A DNA stretch of 64,000 nucleotides. Source: Euryarchaeota archaeon UBA130 (lineage in GTDB: Archaea > Thermoplasmatota > Poseidoniia > Poseidoniales > Thalassarchaeaceae). Within the stretch, counting starts at the first letter, position 1; each line of letters begins with the position of its first letter. A model generated the notes under the pieces. That model had not been told where the DNA came from. It worked only from the letters and a program-made list of their open reading frames with translations, and did no database searches. Of the stretch, positions 29,029 through 37,402 are shown one piece after another. The stretch is from assembly GCA_002505775.1 (NCBI GenBank), contig DAVY01000020.1, positions 4,860 through 68,859 on the forward strand, read 5' to 3'. The position numbers were made by a program, and so were the translations under genes.

Positions 29029-31221
29029 CTACTTCATCTTCAGTACGTATCGGGCTACAGAGGCAACAAGAGCTAAGATAGAGAGAATTACTATCATTGG
29101 GAGGAGAGATCTTGTGTGCCTGCTTGGGTCAGAGGGGTAGTAGTCACCTTCGTCTGACCAGCCATCTCCATCTGAGTCAATGCATCCTAGTTTGTCCTCA
29201 CTCGATATACCGAAGACTTCCGGACAGTCATCTGACAGCCCTGTTCCTTCTTGGTCCCCAAATCCGTCTCCGTCGACATCACTCCATAGCAGAGAATTCA
29301 TTGGGTGGGAGTCCTCGATATCTGCCCATCCATCACCATCCAGGTCAGGGCATCCAAGCAATGACATGCTTGAGTTTCCCCATAGATTAGGGCAATAATC
29401 CGGGAGATAGGTAGAATATGCATTATCCCCGTATCCGTCGGAGTCGCTGTCGGACCATTGACTGGGCTCGTAAATGAACGCATCTCCTTCATCTGACCAG
29501 CCATCCGCATCAGTATCGCGACATCCGGACTGGTCTTGGATACTGGTACCCGCTTCGTTTGGGCAGTCGTCTGCAAGGTAGGCAGGTGAGGGGTTATCTC
29601 CGAACCCGTCTGAGTCTGAGTCTTTCCACTGAGTGTACTTTGTGGGGAATGCATCTGCTCCGTCAGTCGTGGTCCAATCTGATGAAGGATCGGAGTAGCC
29701 ATCTTCGTCCGCATCGGGACAACCCATCCTGTCATATTGCGAAAATCCCTGGATAGTAGGGCACATATCCGGGTTAGCACCTGTTTGGTTATCTCCGTAT
29801 CCGTCGTTATCAGAATCAGCCCATTGTGTCTCTTCCAAGGGGAACTCATCATCCTGATCCGACCAACTGTCTCCGTCTGAGTCCAAGCATCCCAGAGACC
29901 CAGATGTTGAGGAACCATATGTATCTGGACAGTCATCGGAGATATTCGTACCCTGTTGATCGGCATAGCCGTCTCCATCATTGTCGGACCATAGAAGGCT
30001 GTTATTTGGGTACGCGTCTGTGCTATCCCTAACCCGATCGAAATCCGCGTCTTCGTAAGGGTCCAGTCGAATTACATTGTTGTTCAATGAGTCAACGTAC
30101 CACAGCTTGCCCTCGGGGCCAATCTCAAGACCCATGATTGACCCAGCGTTTGTGTTCACTGTTCTAGAGTTCGAGAATCCCTTGCCATCGGAATCTAGAT
30201 TGAAGCCTGTAATCTTGCCATTGCCGTTCTGAGAGACGAACAGGGTTCCATCATGCAATGCAATACCTGATGGTCGACTTAGCCCTGTGTCAAATATGCC
30301 CCATTCTACATCAGTAACTTCCATGTATTCAGCCAAATCCTCTACTCGAGACGAGTCATCATAAATATCCACTGAAGTTGTTGCAGTATCATGAGTATTG
30401 ACCCACAGAACTCTATTTGCACCTGTATCTGAGATATAGAGGATTCCTGTATCCTTATCAAGAATCATATGCCCAGGTACACCAGCAAAACGACTTAACT
30501 CAATTTCAGAATATCTATGCACTATGCCATCCGAGTGATCGTGTTCTCCAGTATCATGATCTTGTTGAAAATCATAGCGTACTAATTCACTGTAAAAACC
30601 GTCGTTATACCAGTATACATTGTCGTAATCATGTGCAATTCCCATACCTAACGGGGATTCATGCAACATATCGATATGGCTTCCAAGGAGGCCATTTTCT
30701 CCATTTTGATTCTCAACTGCAAAATGAGTCAATGAAGAAGGCCAAAGAGCTGGTCCCATGAAATCATTCGGATCGCTCGCATCATTGTACGTATTCCTTG
30801 ACTCTTGGGCAGTCCCAAATTGATAGTCAAACTCATCATCATAAGCTCCGAAAGCCATTGCACTTACCTCTTCCATGAAATGATTTCTGTATGCATCTAA
30901 ACGTTCTTCACTATTCTGATCGGGAGTACCAGTCTCATGAATAATTACCATACTATCATCTGCACGATTCACGATCCATAATTCATCACTTCGTTCAATG
31001 CCTGGATGAAATTCAAGGTCTCTTGGCTCATCCAAGCCATCTGTGCTGGAGGCAATTACTACCTCCTCAAAACCAGGGCCGAATTGTGAGATATAGGTGT
31101 CTGGCGGAGTAACGATCTGTTCTGCTGAAACAGGGCTGGAGGCGTGTCCAAGAACGCCTATCATAAGCAGTGTAATGAGCATTGTACTCATCTTCTCCCT
31201 GTTTGTCAAACTACCAAGCAC
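29029..31221 (-). CDS. Secreted NHL-type beta-propeller protein with five thrombospondin-type-3-like Ca-binding repeats and a C-terminal TM anchor
   Basis: Signal peptide. NHL-like blades ('LYISDTGANRVLWV', 'LFVSQNGNGKITGF', 'LWYVDSLNNNVIRL'). Repeated 'W.DSD.DG.GDN...CP...GC.D.D.DGWSD' units. C-terminal 'LLPMIVILSILALVASVARYV'. Confidence 0.75.
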   Translation of the reverse strand: MLGSLTNREKMSTMLITLLMIGVLGHASSPVSAEQIVTPPDTYISQFGPGFEEVVIASSTDGLDEPRDLEFHPGIERSDELWIVNRADDSMVIIHETGTPDQNSEERLDAYRNHFMEEVSAMAFGAYDDEFDYQFGTAQESRNTYNDASDPNDFMGPALWPSSLTHFAVENQNGENGLLGSHIDMLHESPLGMGIAHDYDNVYWYNDGFYSELVRYDFQQDHDTGEHDHSDGIVHRYSEIELSRFAGVPGHMILDKDTGILYISDTGANRVLWVNTHDTATTSVDIYDDSSRVEDLAEYMEVTDVEWGIFDTGLSRPSGIALHDGTLFVSQNGNGKITGFNLDSDGKGFSNSRTVNTNAGSIMGLEIGPEGKLWYVDSLNNNVIRLDPYEDADFDRVRDSTDAYPNNSLLWSDNDGDGYADQQGTNISDDCPDTYGSSTSGSLGCLDSDGDSWSDQDDEFPLEETQWADSDNDGYGDNQTGANPDMCPTIQGFSQYDRMGCPDADEDGYSDPSSDWTTTDGADAFPTKYTQWKDSDSDGFGDNPSPAYLADDCPNEAGTSIQDQSGCRDTDADGWSDEGDAFIYEPSQWSDSDSDGYGDNAYSTYLPDYCPNLWGNSSMSLLGCPDLDGDGWADIEDSHPMNSLLWSDVDGDGFGDQEGTGLSDDCPEVFGISSEDKLGCIDSDGDGWSDEGDYYPSDPSRHTRSLLPMIVILSILALVASVARYVLKMK
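29128..30012 (-). repeat. Five tandem units of roughly 58 aa each with two DxDxDG loops and two Cys (TSP3-like), within the CDS
   Basis: Residues about 404-698: 'SDNDGDGYADQ..CPDT..GCLDSDGDSWSD', 'DSDNDGYGDN..CPTI..GCPDADEDGYSD', 'DSDSDGFGDN..CPNE..GCRDTDADGWSD', 'DSDSDGYGDN..CPNL..GCPDLDGDGWAD', 'SDVDGDGFGDQ..CPEV..GCIDSDGDGWSD'. Confidence 0.8.
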
Positions 31222-31314
31222 GGGTTTGGGAGTGAATCGTGGTTATTGTGCCTATGTATGAATGGGTTCCCAAAAGATGGTCTTGGTCTTCTTGAATTGG
31301 GGGCTTAGCCTCAG

Positions 31315-32409
31315 CTAATTTGAGCGTTCAAGAGTGTTTTGACGAGCTTCCATCAGTATCGCTTCCCACTTGACTCTTATCTCCGACTCTATGCCTTTGA
31401 GGATCTCTTCAATCTCCTTTTTTGAGAGGCCTTCCTTCCTTGAGAGCTTGTCCTCTAGATTGGCCATCATCTCGGACTCCCTGTTCTTCGCTGCCTCAGC
31501 AACTCGTTGTTCCATCTCGACCTCCATCTCCAGGGCCATCTCCTGTCTCCTCAGTGCTAGAGTGGCCTCCATGGTCTCTCTCTCCGACCTGAACCTCCTT
31601 TCTAGCTCGGAAAGCGAGTTCCTCTCCGAGGCCTCTTCCAAGACCTTTATGCGGGCCTCGACATCCGATCTCATCTCTGATTCCAGTGAAGAGCTCTCTT
31701 CATCCAGAAGCTTCTGGAATTTCTCCTCATGAACCCTCCTGGACTCTGCGAGCCTCTCTCTCATCTGAATCTCCTGCTCGAGCCTGTGTGCCTCGATCTT
31801 TCGGTGTACCTGTGCCTCGGAGGACTCCCTCAGATCCATCTCAACCCTTCTCTGCATCCTTTCCTCGGCTTGGGATGCCTCGAGCTCTAAACGCTCTTTC
31901 AGGAATGCCTTTCTTCGATCTATCTCGATCTCCATTTCCCCCCTTAGTCTACCCCTGAGCTTAGCTGTGTGCGCCTCTAGCCTCCTGTCTCTCTCCAGAT
32001 CCAACTGCTCCCTGAGTCTGTTTTCCTCCCTTCTCAAACGATGTAGCATCTCCTCTCTCAGGAGCCTCTCTTCCCTCTCCAGGGCTTCGCTCTCTAGTCT
32101 CTCGATCTCATCCTCCAGCTCTGCCCTGAGATCAGCCTCGAGCTGCTGTAGTTGCTCGTCGAATAGTATGTCATTCGCCTTCCTCATGGCACCATGCATT
32201 CCAGATAGTCTCTCTGTCATCTCGGCAATACGCATCCTGCGCTCTCTCCTAACCCCACTTCTGACCCTAGACTCCTCGTCCAGGAGCTCTCGGGTTCTCG
32301 CCATTGAATCCATGCTGGGCGAGGTTGCCAAACGGTGTTGAGCCCTGAGAGCAGCGAGCTCGTCACTGCTTTCCGAATCGTCAGGAGTTGTCGACTTGCT
32401 CTCACTCAC
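31315..32409 (-). CDS. Glu/Arg/Leu-rich coiled-coil protein
   Basis: 364 aa, almost entirely charged heptad-like sequence ('EREERLLREEMLHRLRREENRLREQLDLERDRRLE...'). No enzymatic motif. Confidence 0.55.
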   Translation of the reverse strand: MSESKSTTPDDSESSDELAALRAQHRLATSPSMDSMARTRELLDEESRVRSGVRRERRMRIAEMTERLSGMHGAMRKANDILFDEQLQQLEADLRAELEDEIERLESEALEREERLLREEMLHRLRREENRLREQLDLERDRRLEAHTAKLRGRLRGEMEIEIDRRKAFLKERLELEASQAEERMQRRVEMDLRESSEAQVHRKIEAHRLEQEIQMRERLAESRRVHEEKFQKLLDEESSSLESEMRSDVEARIKVLEEASERNSLSELERRFRSERETMEATLALRRQEMALEMEVEMEQRVAEAAKNRESEMMANLEDKLSRKEGLSKKEIEEILKGIESEIRVKWEAILMEARQNTLERSN

Positions 32410-32494
32410 GGGTACCCATCCCCAGGCCTACGCTAGTTTCACCCTATTTGAGGAAGGAGGGTTGGAGAGGGCGGATAAATGCTATTTGCGGACT

Positions 32495-32509
32495 CGTGCC
32501 GTAGGCACG
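32495..32509 (-). terminator. Short GC hairpin 3 nt after the zinc-ribbon gene stop
   Basis: CGTGCC-GTA-GGCACG read directly, a 6-bp stem with a 3-nt loop. Significance uncertain. Confidence 0.2.
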
Positions 32510-32511
32510 GC

Positions 32512-32904
32512 TCAGAAAGTTACGTTGAACGCGGCATCGCAGGCGGGGCAGTTCAATTGCTTGGTACCCGGCTTCGGCCTTATCCTGAGTTTTCTGTCAC
32601 AACTGGGGCATTCAATCTCGACCTTGTATGGCTTCTCTGTGATTCTGAAGACCCCGGAGCAGGCCGAGCAGGCCACATCCAATGGCCTATCAGAACTACC
32701 AGCCTCCACTACTGTATTGCAATGAGGACAGGGGAGGGTCTCTGAAGCCAGCGCATCTACGGTTGGTTGATGTGTAACTCTGCATACTGCTCCGCAAACT
32801 ACGCATGTTTTCTCGCCTAATCCATGAGGAAGCATATGACCGCAGTGAGCGCACTCCGCCGCTGGTGGGGTGTGCTTGGATTCTATCTCCGGTATCTCCG
32901 ACAT
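32512..32904 (-). CDS. Triple zinc-ribbon protein (six CxxC pairs, MJ0042-like fingers)
   Basis: 'CAHCG...CVVCG', 'CPHCN...CSACS', 'CPSCD...CPACD', ending 'LNCPACDAAFNVTF'. It starts 10 nt after the ATPase stop. Confidence 0.65.
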   Translation of the reverse strand: MSEIPEIESKHTPPAAECAHCGHMLPHGLGEKTCVVCGAVCRVTHQPTVDALASETLPCPHCNTVVEAGSSDRPLDVACSACSGVFRITEKPYKVEIECPSCDRKLRIRPKPGTKQLNCPACDAAFNVTF

Positions 32905-32913
32905 AACCTTCCC

Positions 32914-35502
32914 TCACGGCCCGGATTTATCAAGAGGACCCAGAGTAGTGCCTGCTTGAAGGCCAAAAAGGTCCCTGAATGCCTCGACGGTGTCACTGAC
33001 AACGTCCTTGGCCAATTCCAAAAGCGTATTCAGCCTCTGAACACCTGTTCCCCCTACCCACATTCCGTTCAGTATCACAATAAGGGCGCTGGCCTCATGC
33101 AGAGCCACCCCTGCTGCAAGATTCATCTCAAAGCCTAGCATAACTGCGGCAACCAAGACTCCGGTCACTGCGACCGAGATTATTGTGTTCGCCAAGACGA
33201 TGCTACGAGTGGTCTTAGCAAGAGAGATGAAATCTGCTAGGACTCTTGGATCATCTCCCGGAATCAGAACATCCGCCGCATCGAGATTGACTTGCTCCCC
33301 ACTGCCCACAGCAATCCCAACATCCGCAGCTGCAAGAGCCCCGGCGTCATTGAAGCCGTCACCCGCCATCAGAGTCTTGCCTGCCTTTGACTTCTCGGTG
33401 ACCCAGAGGGCCTTCCCCTCTGGATCCACCCCTCCTCTGCAAGAAGACGATGGGATTCCGAATTTCCTTGCGAAAGCCTCGACGCTGGACTGCTCGTCTC
33501 CACTAAGAATCTCAACAGCGATTCCGTTCTCACCTAGTGACTCAAGAAGCTCTGGAACCCCCTCTCTTGCGTCATCATGGTAGAAACTGAGACATGCTAT
33601 GGCCTTCCCTCCAATGGAAAGGACACTTGAGCCATGACCAGCCTTCCTTGACTCTTCTAAGGCCTCGAGAATCTGGTCTGCGAATTCGACTCCCTCTGAA
33701 ATCAGCCAATCCGCTCTACCCAACATCACCCTCTGGCCGTCGATAGTGCCAGTCACGCCTGCCTCACCATCTGATATTTCGGAAATTTTTGAAGGATGGA
33801 TAGACCTTAGGTTAGCCTCGTTGATTATGGTGGACGCATATGGGTGATTGGACATTCTTTCTAGCCCCGCTGAAATCATGAGTGCATAATCCTCTGACTC
33901 TGTAGGCAGGGTAGTCAGTCTGATCAATTTGGGACGTCCGCTGGTGAGTGTGCCCGTCTTATCCAGCAATGCGAGTTCGACTTCTGCGGCCGCCTCCAAA
34001 ACATCTCCCCCCCTAACAATAACGCCAGAGGACGAGGCAGAGGATAACGCGGCCGCATGGGGAATCGGGGATGCCAGTAGAAGAGAGCAGGGGCACGATA
34101 CAACCCAGAGCAATAGGGTTGTCAAGAAACCCTGCTCCGACCATCCATGAGCCAGGAATCCAACTAGGGGGGCTCCCAGAAGAACCAGTGGGACCCACAA
34201 TCTTGTAAAATTCTCAATGATGGTCTGAGTCCTCGTCGGCTTCTCCCTGTATTGTCTAACCATTTCTATTAGTCCGGAGAGCCTGGTATTTTCCCCCGTC
34301 GCTTCTGAGCTCACAACTATCGGACCCCTCACTAGGACCAGGCCAGCCTGAACCTCGTCTCCCTCAGAGACTGGTATGGGAACTGGTTCTCCCGTCAGTG
34401 GGGCCTTATCGATAGAGCCACTTCCCTTTGTTATCGTACCATCAACTGGTATTACCTCCCCTGACCTGACCTCGACTAAATCACCGACCAATACTGCCTC
34501 AATGGGAGTCTTCTGCGAGTCGTTGATAGCAGGGTGATGGACTGGAATTTGTGAAATACTCAAGTTTAATTGGTGTATGCCTCCCTTAACTTGGTTGACG
34601 ATCCTGGCAGATCTGGGTATTCTATCTAGTCCACCTTGCATGGATTCACGGGCTCTTGTAATCGCCCTATCCTCCAGATGTGATGCAAAAGAGACGAGGG
34701 CTACCACGGTAAGGGCCTCGACCCACTCCCCTAGCACGGAAGCCCCGATAACCGCCAATGAGGTAAGGACTTGGAAACCCAAAATTCCATTCTGTATACT
34801 GGCAATAGCCTCTTGGAACATCTTGGCACCTGCTAAAATTACGCCGAAGAATCCAAGGAAGAGTGGAATTGAACTAGGGAGTCCCATCGTTTCTGATGCG
34901 ATGATCGCGAACAGTATGGGAAGAGTCATGACGGCAGATATGAGCTTCCATTGATCGGTTCTTAGCTTCCTTCTTGAGGACACCATGAACTGTACTTCTT
35001 CACCTAAAATAGTCGAAATCATAGATTGGGCAACTAGCCTAAGTTCTGAGTCATGAATCCAAACGTTTCTTATCTCGATGAAGCCATCTTCAAATCTAAC
35101 AGATAATATCCCCGGAACGTCCAATAAGGCATCTCTGAGGCCCCTCCTGTTTGTACCCAATCTAGTTGCAGCCTCTCCAGGGGTAATTCCGATAACCTGC
35201 ATCCAATCTAGTTTTGGGCTATGACCAAGGCTTTCGAGAACGGTATTGGTCTTTGAGACTCTGCCTCTGGAAATGTCAAGTGATATTCTCGCGGACCCTT
35301 CGGTGACTGATATGTTGCATGTCTCTATGCCGGGAAGCCTGCTGACCGCCTTGGTCGCCTTCATTGCACAATCAGCGCAGTCCATGCCTCTGATTTTCCA
35401 ATCGAATTCATGGATTCCGTCAGGCACTAGGGAGGATGCTGGACCCGTCCCCTCCATGACCTTCCGAAAAGGAGGGGTCCCTTCAATATGATGAGAATAC
35501 AT
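32914..35502 (-). CDS. Heavy-metal-translocating P1B-type ATPase
   Basis: N-terminal HMA 'GMDCADCAMKATKAV', 'LTGEPVP', TM 'SCPCSLLLASP', 'DKTGTLT', 'GDGFNDAGALAAADVGIAVG', C-terminal 'HEASALIVILNG'. Metal specificity not assignable. Confidence 0.9.
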   Translation of the reverse strand: MYSHHIEGTPPFRKVMEGTGPASSLVPDGIHEFDWKIRGMDCADCAMKATKAVSRLPGIETCNISVTEGSARISLDISRGRVSKTNTVLESLGHSPKLDWMQVIGITPGEAATRLGTNRRGLRDALLDVPGILSVRFEDGFIEIRNVWIHDSELRLVAQSMISTILGEEVQFMVSSRRKLRTDQWKLISAVMTLPILFAIIASETMGLPSSIPLFLGFFGVILAGAKMFQEAIASIQNGILGFQVLTSLAVIGASVLGEWVEALTVVALVSFASHLEDRAITRARESMQGGLDRIPRSARIVNQVKGGIHQLNLSISQIPVHHPAINDSQKTPIEAVLVGDLVEVRSGEVIPVDGTITKGSGSIDKAPLTGEPVPIPVSEGDEVQAGLVLVRGPIVVSSEATGENTRLSGLIEMVRQYREKPTRTQTIIENFTRLWVPLVLLGAPLVGFLAHGWSEQGFLTTLLLWVVSCPCSLLLASPIPHAAALSSASSSGVIVRGGDVLEAAAEVELALLDKTGTLTSGRPKLIRLTTLPTESEDYALMISAGLERMSNHPYASTIINEANLRSIHPSKISEISDGEAGVTGTIDGQRVMLGRADWLISEGVEFADQILEALEESRKAGHGSSVLSIGGKAIACLSFYHDDAREGVPELLESLGENGIAVEILSGDEQSSVEAFARKFGIPSSSCRGGVDPEGKALWVTEKSKAGKTLMAGDGFNDAGALAAADVGIAVGSGEQVNLDAADVLIPGDDPRVLADFISLAKTTRSIVLANTIISVAVTGVLVAAVMLGFEMNLAAGVALHEASALIVILNGMWVGGTGVQRLNTLLELAKDVVSDTVEAFRDLFGLQAGTTLGPLDKSGP

Positions 35503-35539
35503 ACGATGATATCTTCAGCAACAGCCAATCTCGGGTAAC

Positions 35540-36265
35540 ATGGTCGAGCTACCCGAGGATTGTGTGTGGGACATGATTGTGCTGGATATTGACGGCACCC
35601 TCCTTGATAGACAGGGGATTATTCCAGAGATGATTTACCTAGTGAGGGAATTGGAGAGAAAGGGTATGGTGGTTTCTCTTGCCTCCGGAAGGACCCTCCC
35701 AAATATCACGCCTATTCATCAATCACTCGGAATTTCGGGGTTCATAGTAGGTGAGAACGGCGGGATGGTTTGGGACTCTGGAAAGGGGCATCCCATCAAG
35801 GCGCTAGCTGATGGCTCCAGACCAAAAGAGGCCGCCCAATGGCTAGGGACCCAGATTGAAGGACTTAATCCGGAAGGAATAGAGTCCAATAGGTGGAGAG
35901 AAACAGAATGGTGTCTTACTGAGGTTGAGGACTGGGAGGAGGTCAGAGATGCTATCGCCTCTTCTGAGTGGTCGGATATCTCCGTGGTTCCCACAGGATT
36001 TGCTGTGCACCTTACAATTCCTGGGCATGACAAGGCTTCAGGGCTTCGTGTCGCCTTCGAACAGAGGGGGATAGATCCTGCTCGGGTTATCGCCTGTGGA
36101 GATGCTCCAAATGACATACCAATGTTCGATTTGGTGGGTTTCAGTGTTAGCGTGAGTAGGAATTACCCTGAGGTCGTGCAGGCTGCTGACTTGGTCACGG
36201 ATGCCCATGGGAAGGAAGGCTCCCTCGAGCTACTCAAGGCACTTTGTGAGAGGATTGGTAGTTAG
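35540..36265 (+). CDS. HAD-superfamily phosphatase (Cof/phosphoglycolate-phosphatase type)
   Basis: 'MIVLDIDGTLLD' (DxDGT), 'LASGR', 'IACGDAPNDIPMF'. Confidence 0.75.
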   Translation: MVELPEDCVWDMIVLDIDGTLLDRQGIIPEMIYLVRELERKGMVVSLASGRTLPNITPIHQSLGISGFIVGENGGMVWDSGKGHPIKALADGSRPKEAAQWLGTQIEGLNPEGIESNRWRETEWCLTEVEDWEEVRDAIASSEWSDISVVPTGFAVHLTIPGHDKASGLRVAFEQRGIDPARVIACGDAPNDIPMFDLVGFSVSVSRNYPEVVQAADLVTDAHGKEGSLELLKALCERIGS

Positions 36266-36268
36266 TGG

Positions 36269-36353
36269 TGGTGCAGGCGGCAGGATTCGAACCTGCGAAG
36301 CACTACGCAGAGGATCTTGAGCCCTCCCCCTTTGACCACTCGGGTACACCTGC
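36269..36353 (-). tRNA. tRNA-Leu (anticodon CAA), type II, CCA encoded
   Basis: Reverse complement GCAGGTGTACCCGAGTGGTCAAAGGGGGAGGGCTCAAGATCCTCTGCGTAGTGCTTCGCAGGTTCGAATCCTGCCGCCTGCACCA. Anticodon stem GAGGG/TCCTC with loop CTCAAGA, long variable arm, T arm GCAGG-TTCGAAT-CCTGC. Confidence 0.9.
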
Positions 36354-36464
36354 GGTCATGCGAGGATATTCTCACACTTGATACCCGCGCTTCATGAGGG
36401 GCTACTGTTTCCGAGGAGAATTGTTCAAGAGTCTCCTTGCACTCACTAGCCCCGGGTACCGAGG

Positions 36465-37346
36465 ATGATGGACGACGGGAGCATGCCTAGGCTTAGTCCT
36501 GCTCGTCTAATGGCAGTCGACAGGGCTCTGGATGAGCTTGCTAGGACGCAACGCAGATCCTCGATTCCGATAGAGCTCCCGATTCCTGGTTTCTGGGACG
36601 CAGTAGGGCAGTTAGTCCAGCACCTCGAAGCTGAGTTGGCAGAGACAATAAGGTCGGAGGGAATGACTGCAAAGGCCCAATTGCAATCTAGGAAGCTGGG
36701 GGTTGTTAGGACTGCTGTCAAGGACTTGGCGAGAAATAGACTCAATGCATTCACTCAGCATGCTGTACTGGTGAGGCTGACTCAATCACCAGAAGAAGGG
36801 AGGCTTTCTCCTGGAATGCGATTGGACCCTATAGAGTGGAATAAGCATGATCCATCAGAGAGGGCTTTCTACTCAGGGGTTGTGCATCTGGCTGACAAAT
36901 ACAAGCATGATGTCTCATGGAACTCCCTGCTTAGCAACAATTGGGATACACCTGCTCCTCCTCCTCTTTCTCCAGTACACACTCCTCTGACTGAATTCGT
37001 ACCTGGGGCGGTAGATGTGGACGAGGTTGAACAGTTGCCTCCAGTTTCGGCCCAAGAATCGGACCGGCATTGGGAGGACCCTGAGTACGATGAGGAGGAC
37101 AGGATCAGAGAGATAGACGATTTCCCTGAGATATCAGGCGTATCAAGTCCCCCTTCTGAGCTATCGGAGGATACCCCGGAGGAGTCCGAAATGAGGAGGA
37201 TACTGATACTTCAGGATCTCGATGACCCGATAATTACCGAAGGAGGAGAAGAGATAACTCTGAGAACTGGAGACATAGAGTTCTGTCCTTCGATTATCGC
37301 GGACACCCTTATTGCGGCTGGAATAGCCGAACCCGCTGACATATGA
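36465..37346 (+). CDS. Possible GINS subunit (Gins51/Sld5-Psf1-like) with long acidic insert
   Basis: N-terminal helical part ('IELPIPGFWDAVGQLVQHLEAELAE', 'VKDLARNRLNAFTQHAV') and C-terminal 'RRILILQDLDDPIITEGGEEITLRTGDIEFCPSIIADTLIAAGIAEPADI' resemble the A and B domains of archaeal Gins51, from memory of the family. Confidence 0.4.
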   Translation: MMDDGSMPRLSPARLMAVDRALDELARTQRRSSIPIELPIPGFWDAVGQLVQHLEAELAETIRSEGMTAKAQLQSRKLGVVRTAVKDLARNRLNAFTQHAVLVRLTQSPEEGRLSPGMRLDPIEWNKHDPSERAFYSGVVHLADKYKHDVSWNSLLSNNWDTPAPPPLSPVHTPLTEFVPGAVDVDEVEQLPPVSAQESDRHWEDPEYDEEDRIREIDDFPEISGVSSPPSELSEDTPEESEMRRILILQDLDDPIITEGGEEITLRTGDIEFCPSIIADTLIAAGIAEPADI

Positions 37347-37402
37347 CATAGGCAATGACTTAGGTTCGTCATCCTTCATGGCGACTCTGGAGAGGGTTAC
37401 AA

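Noticed and set aside
29298-29981. 227-aa alternative-frame ORF within the TSP3-repeat region
   Set aside because: It shares the strand with the 730-aa gene but is out of frame. The repeat periodicity and conserved DxDxDG/Cys pattern exist only in the 730-aa frame.
31370-32341. Ser/Leu-rich plus-strand ORFs (31370-31732, 31686-31958, 31967-32341)
   Set aside because: They are mirror images of the Glu/Arg/Leu-rich coiled-coil gene on the minus strand. Low-complexity antisense frames stay open by composition alone.
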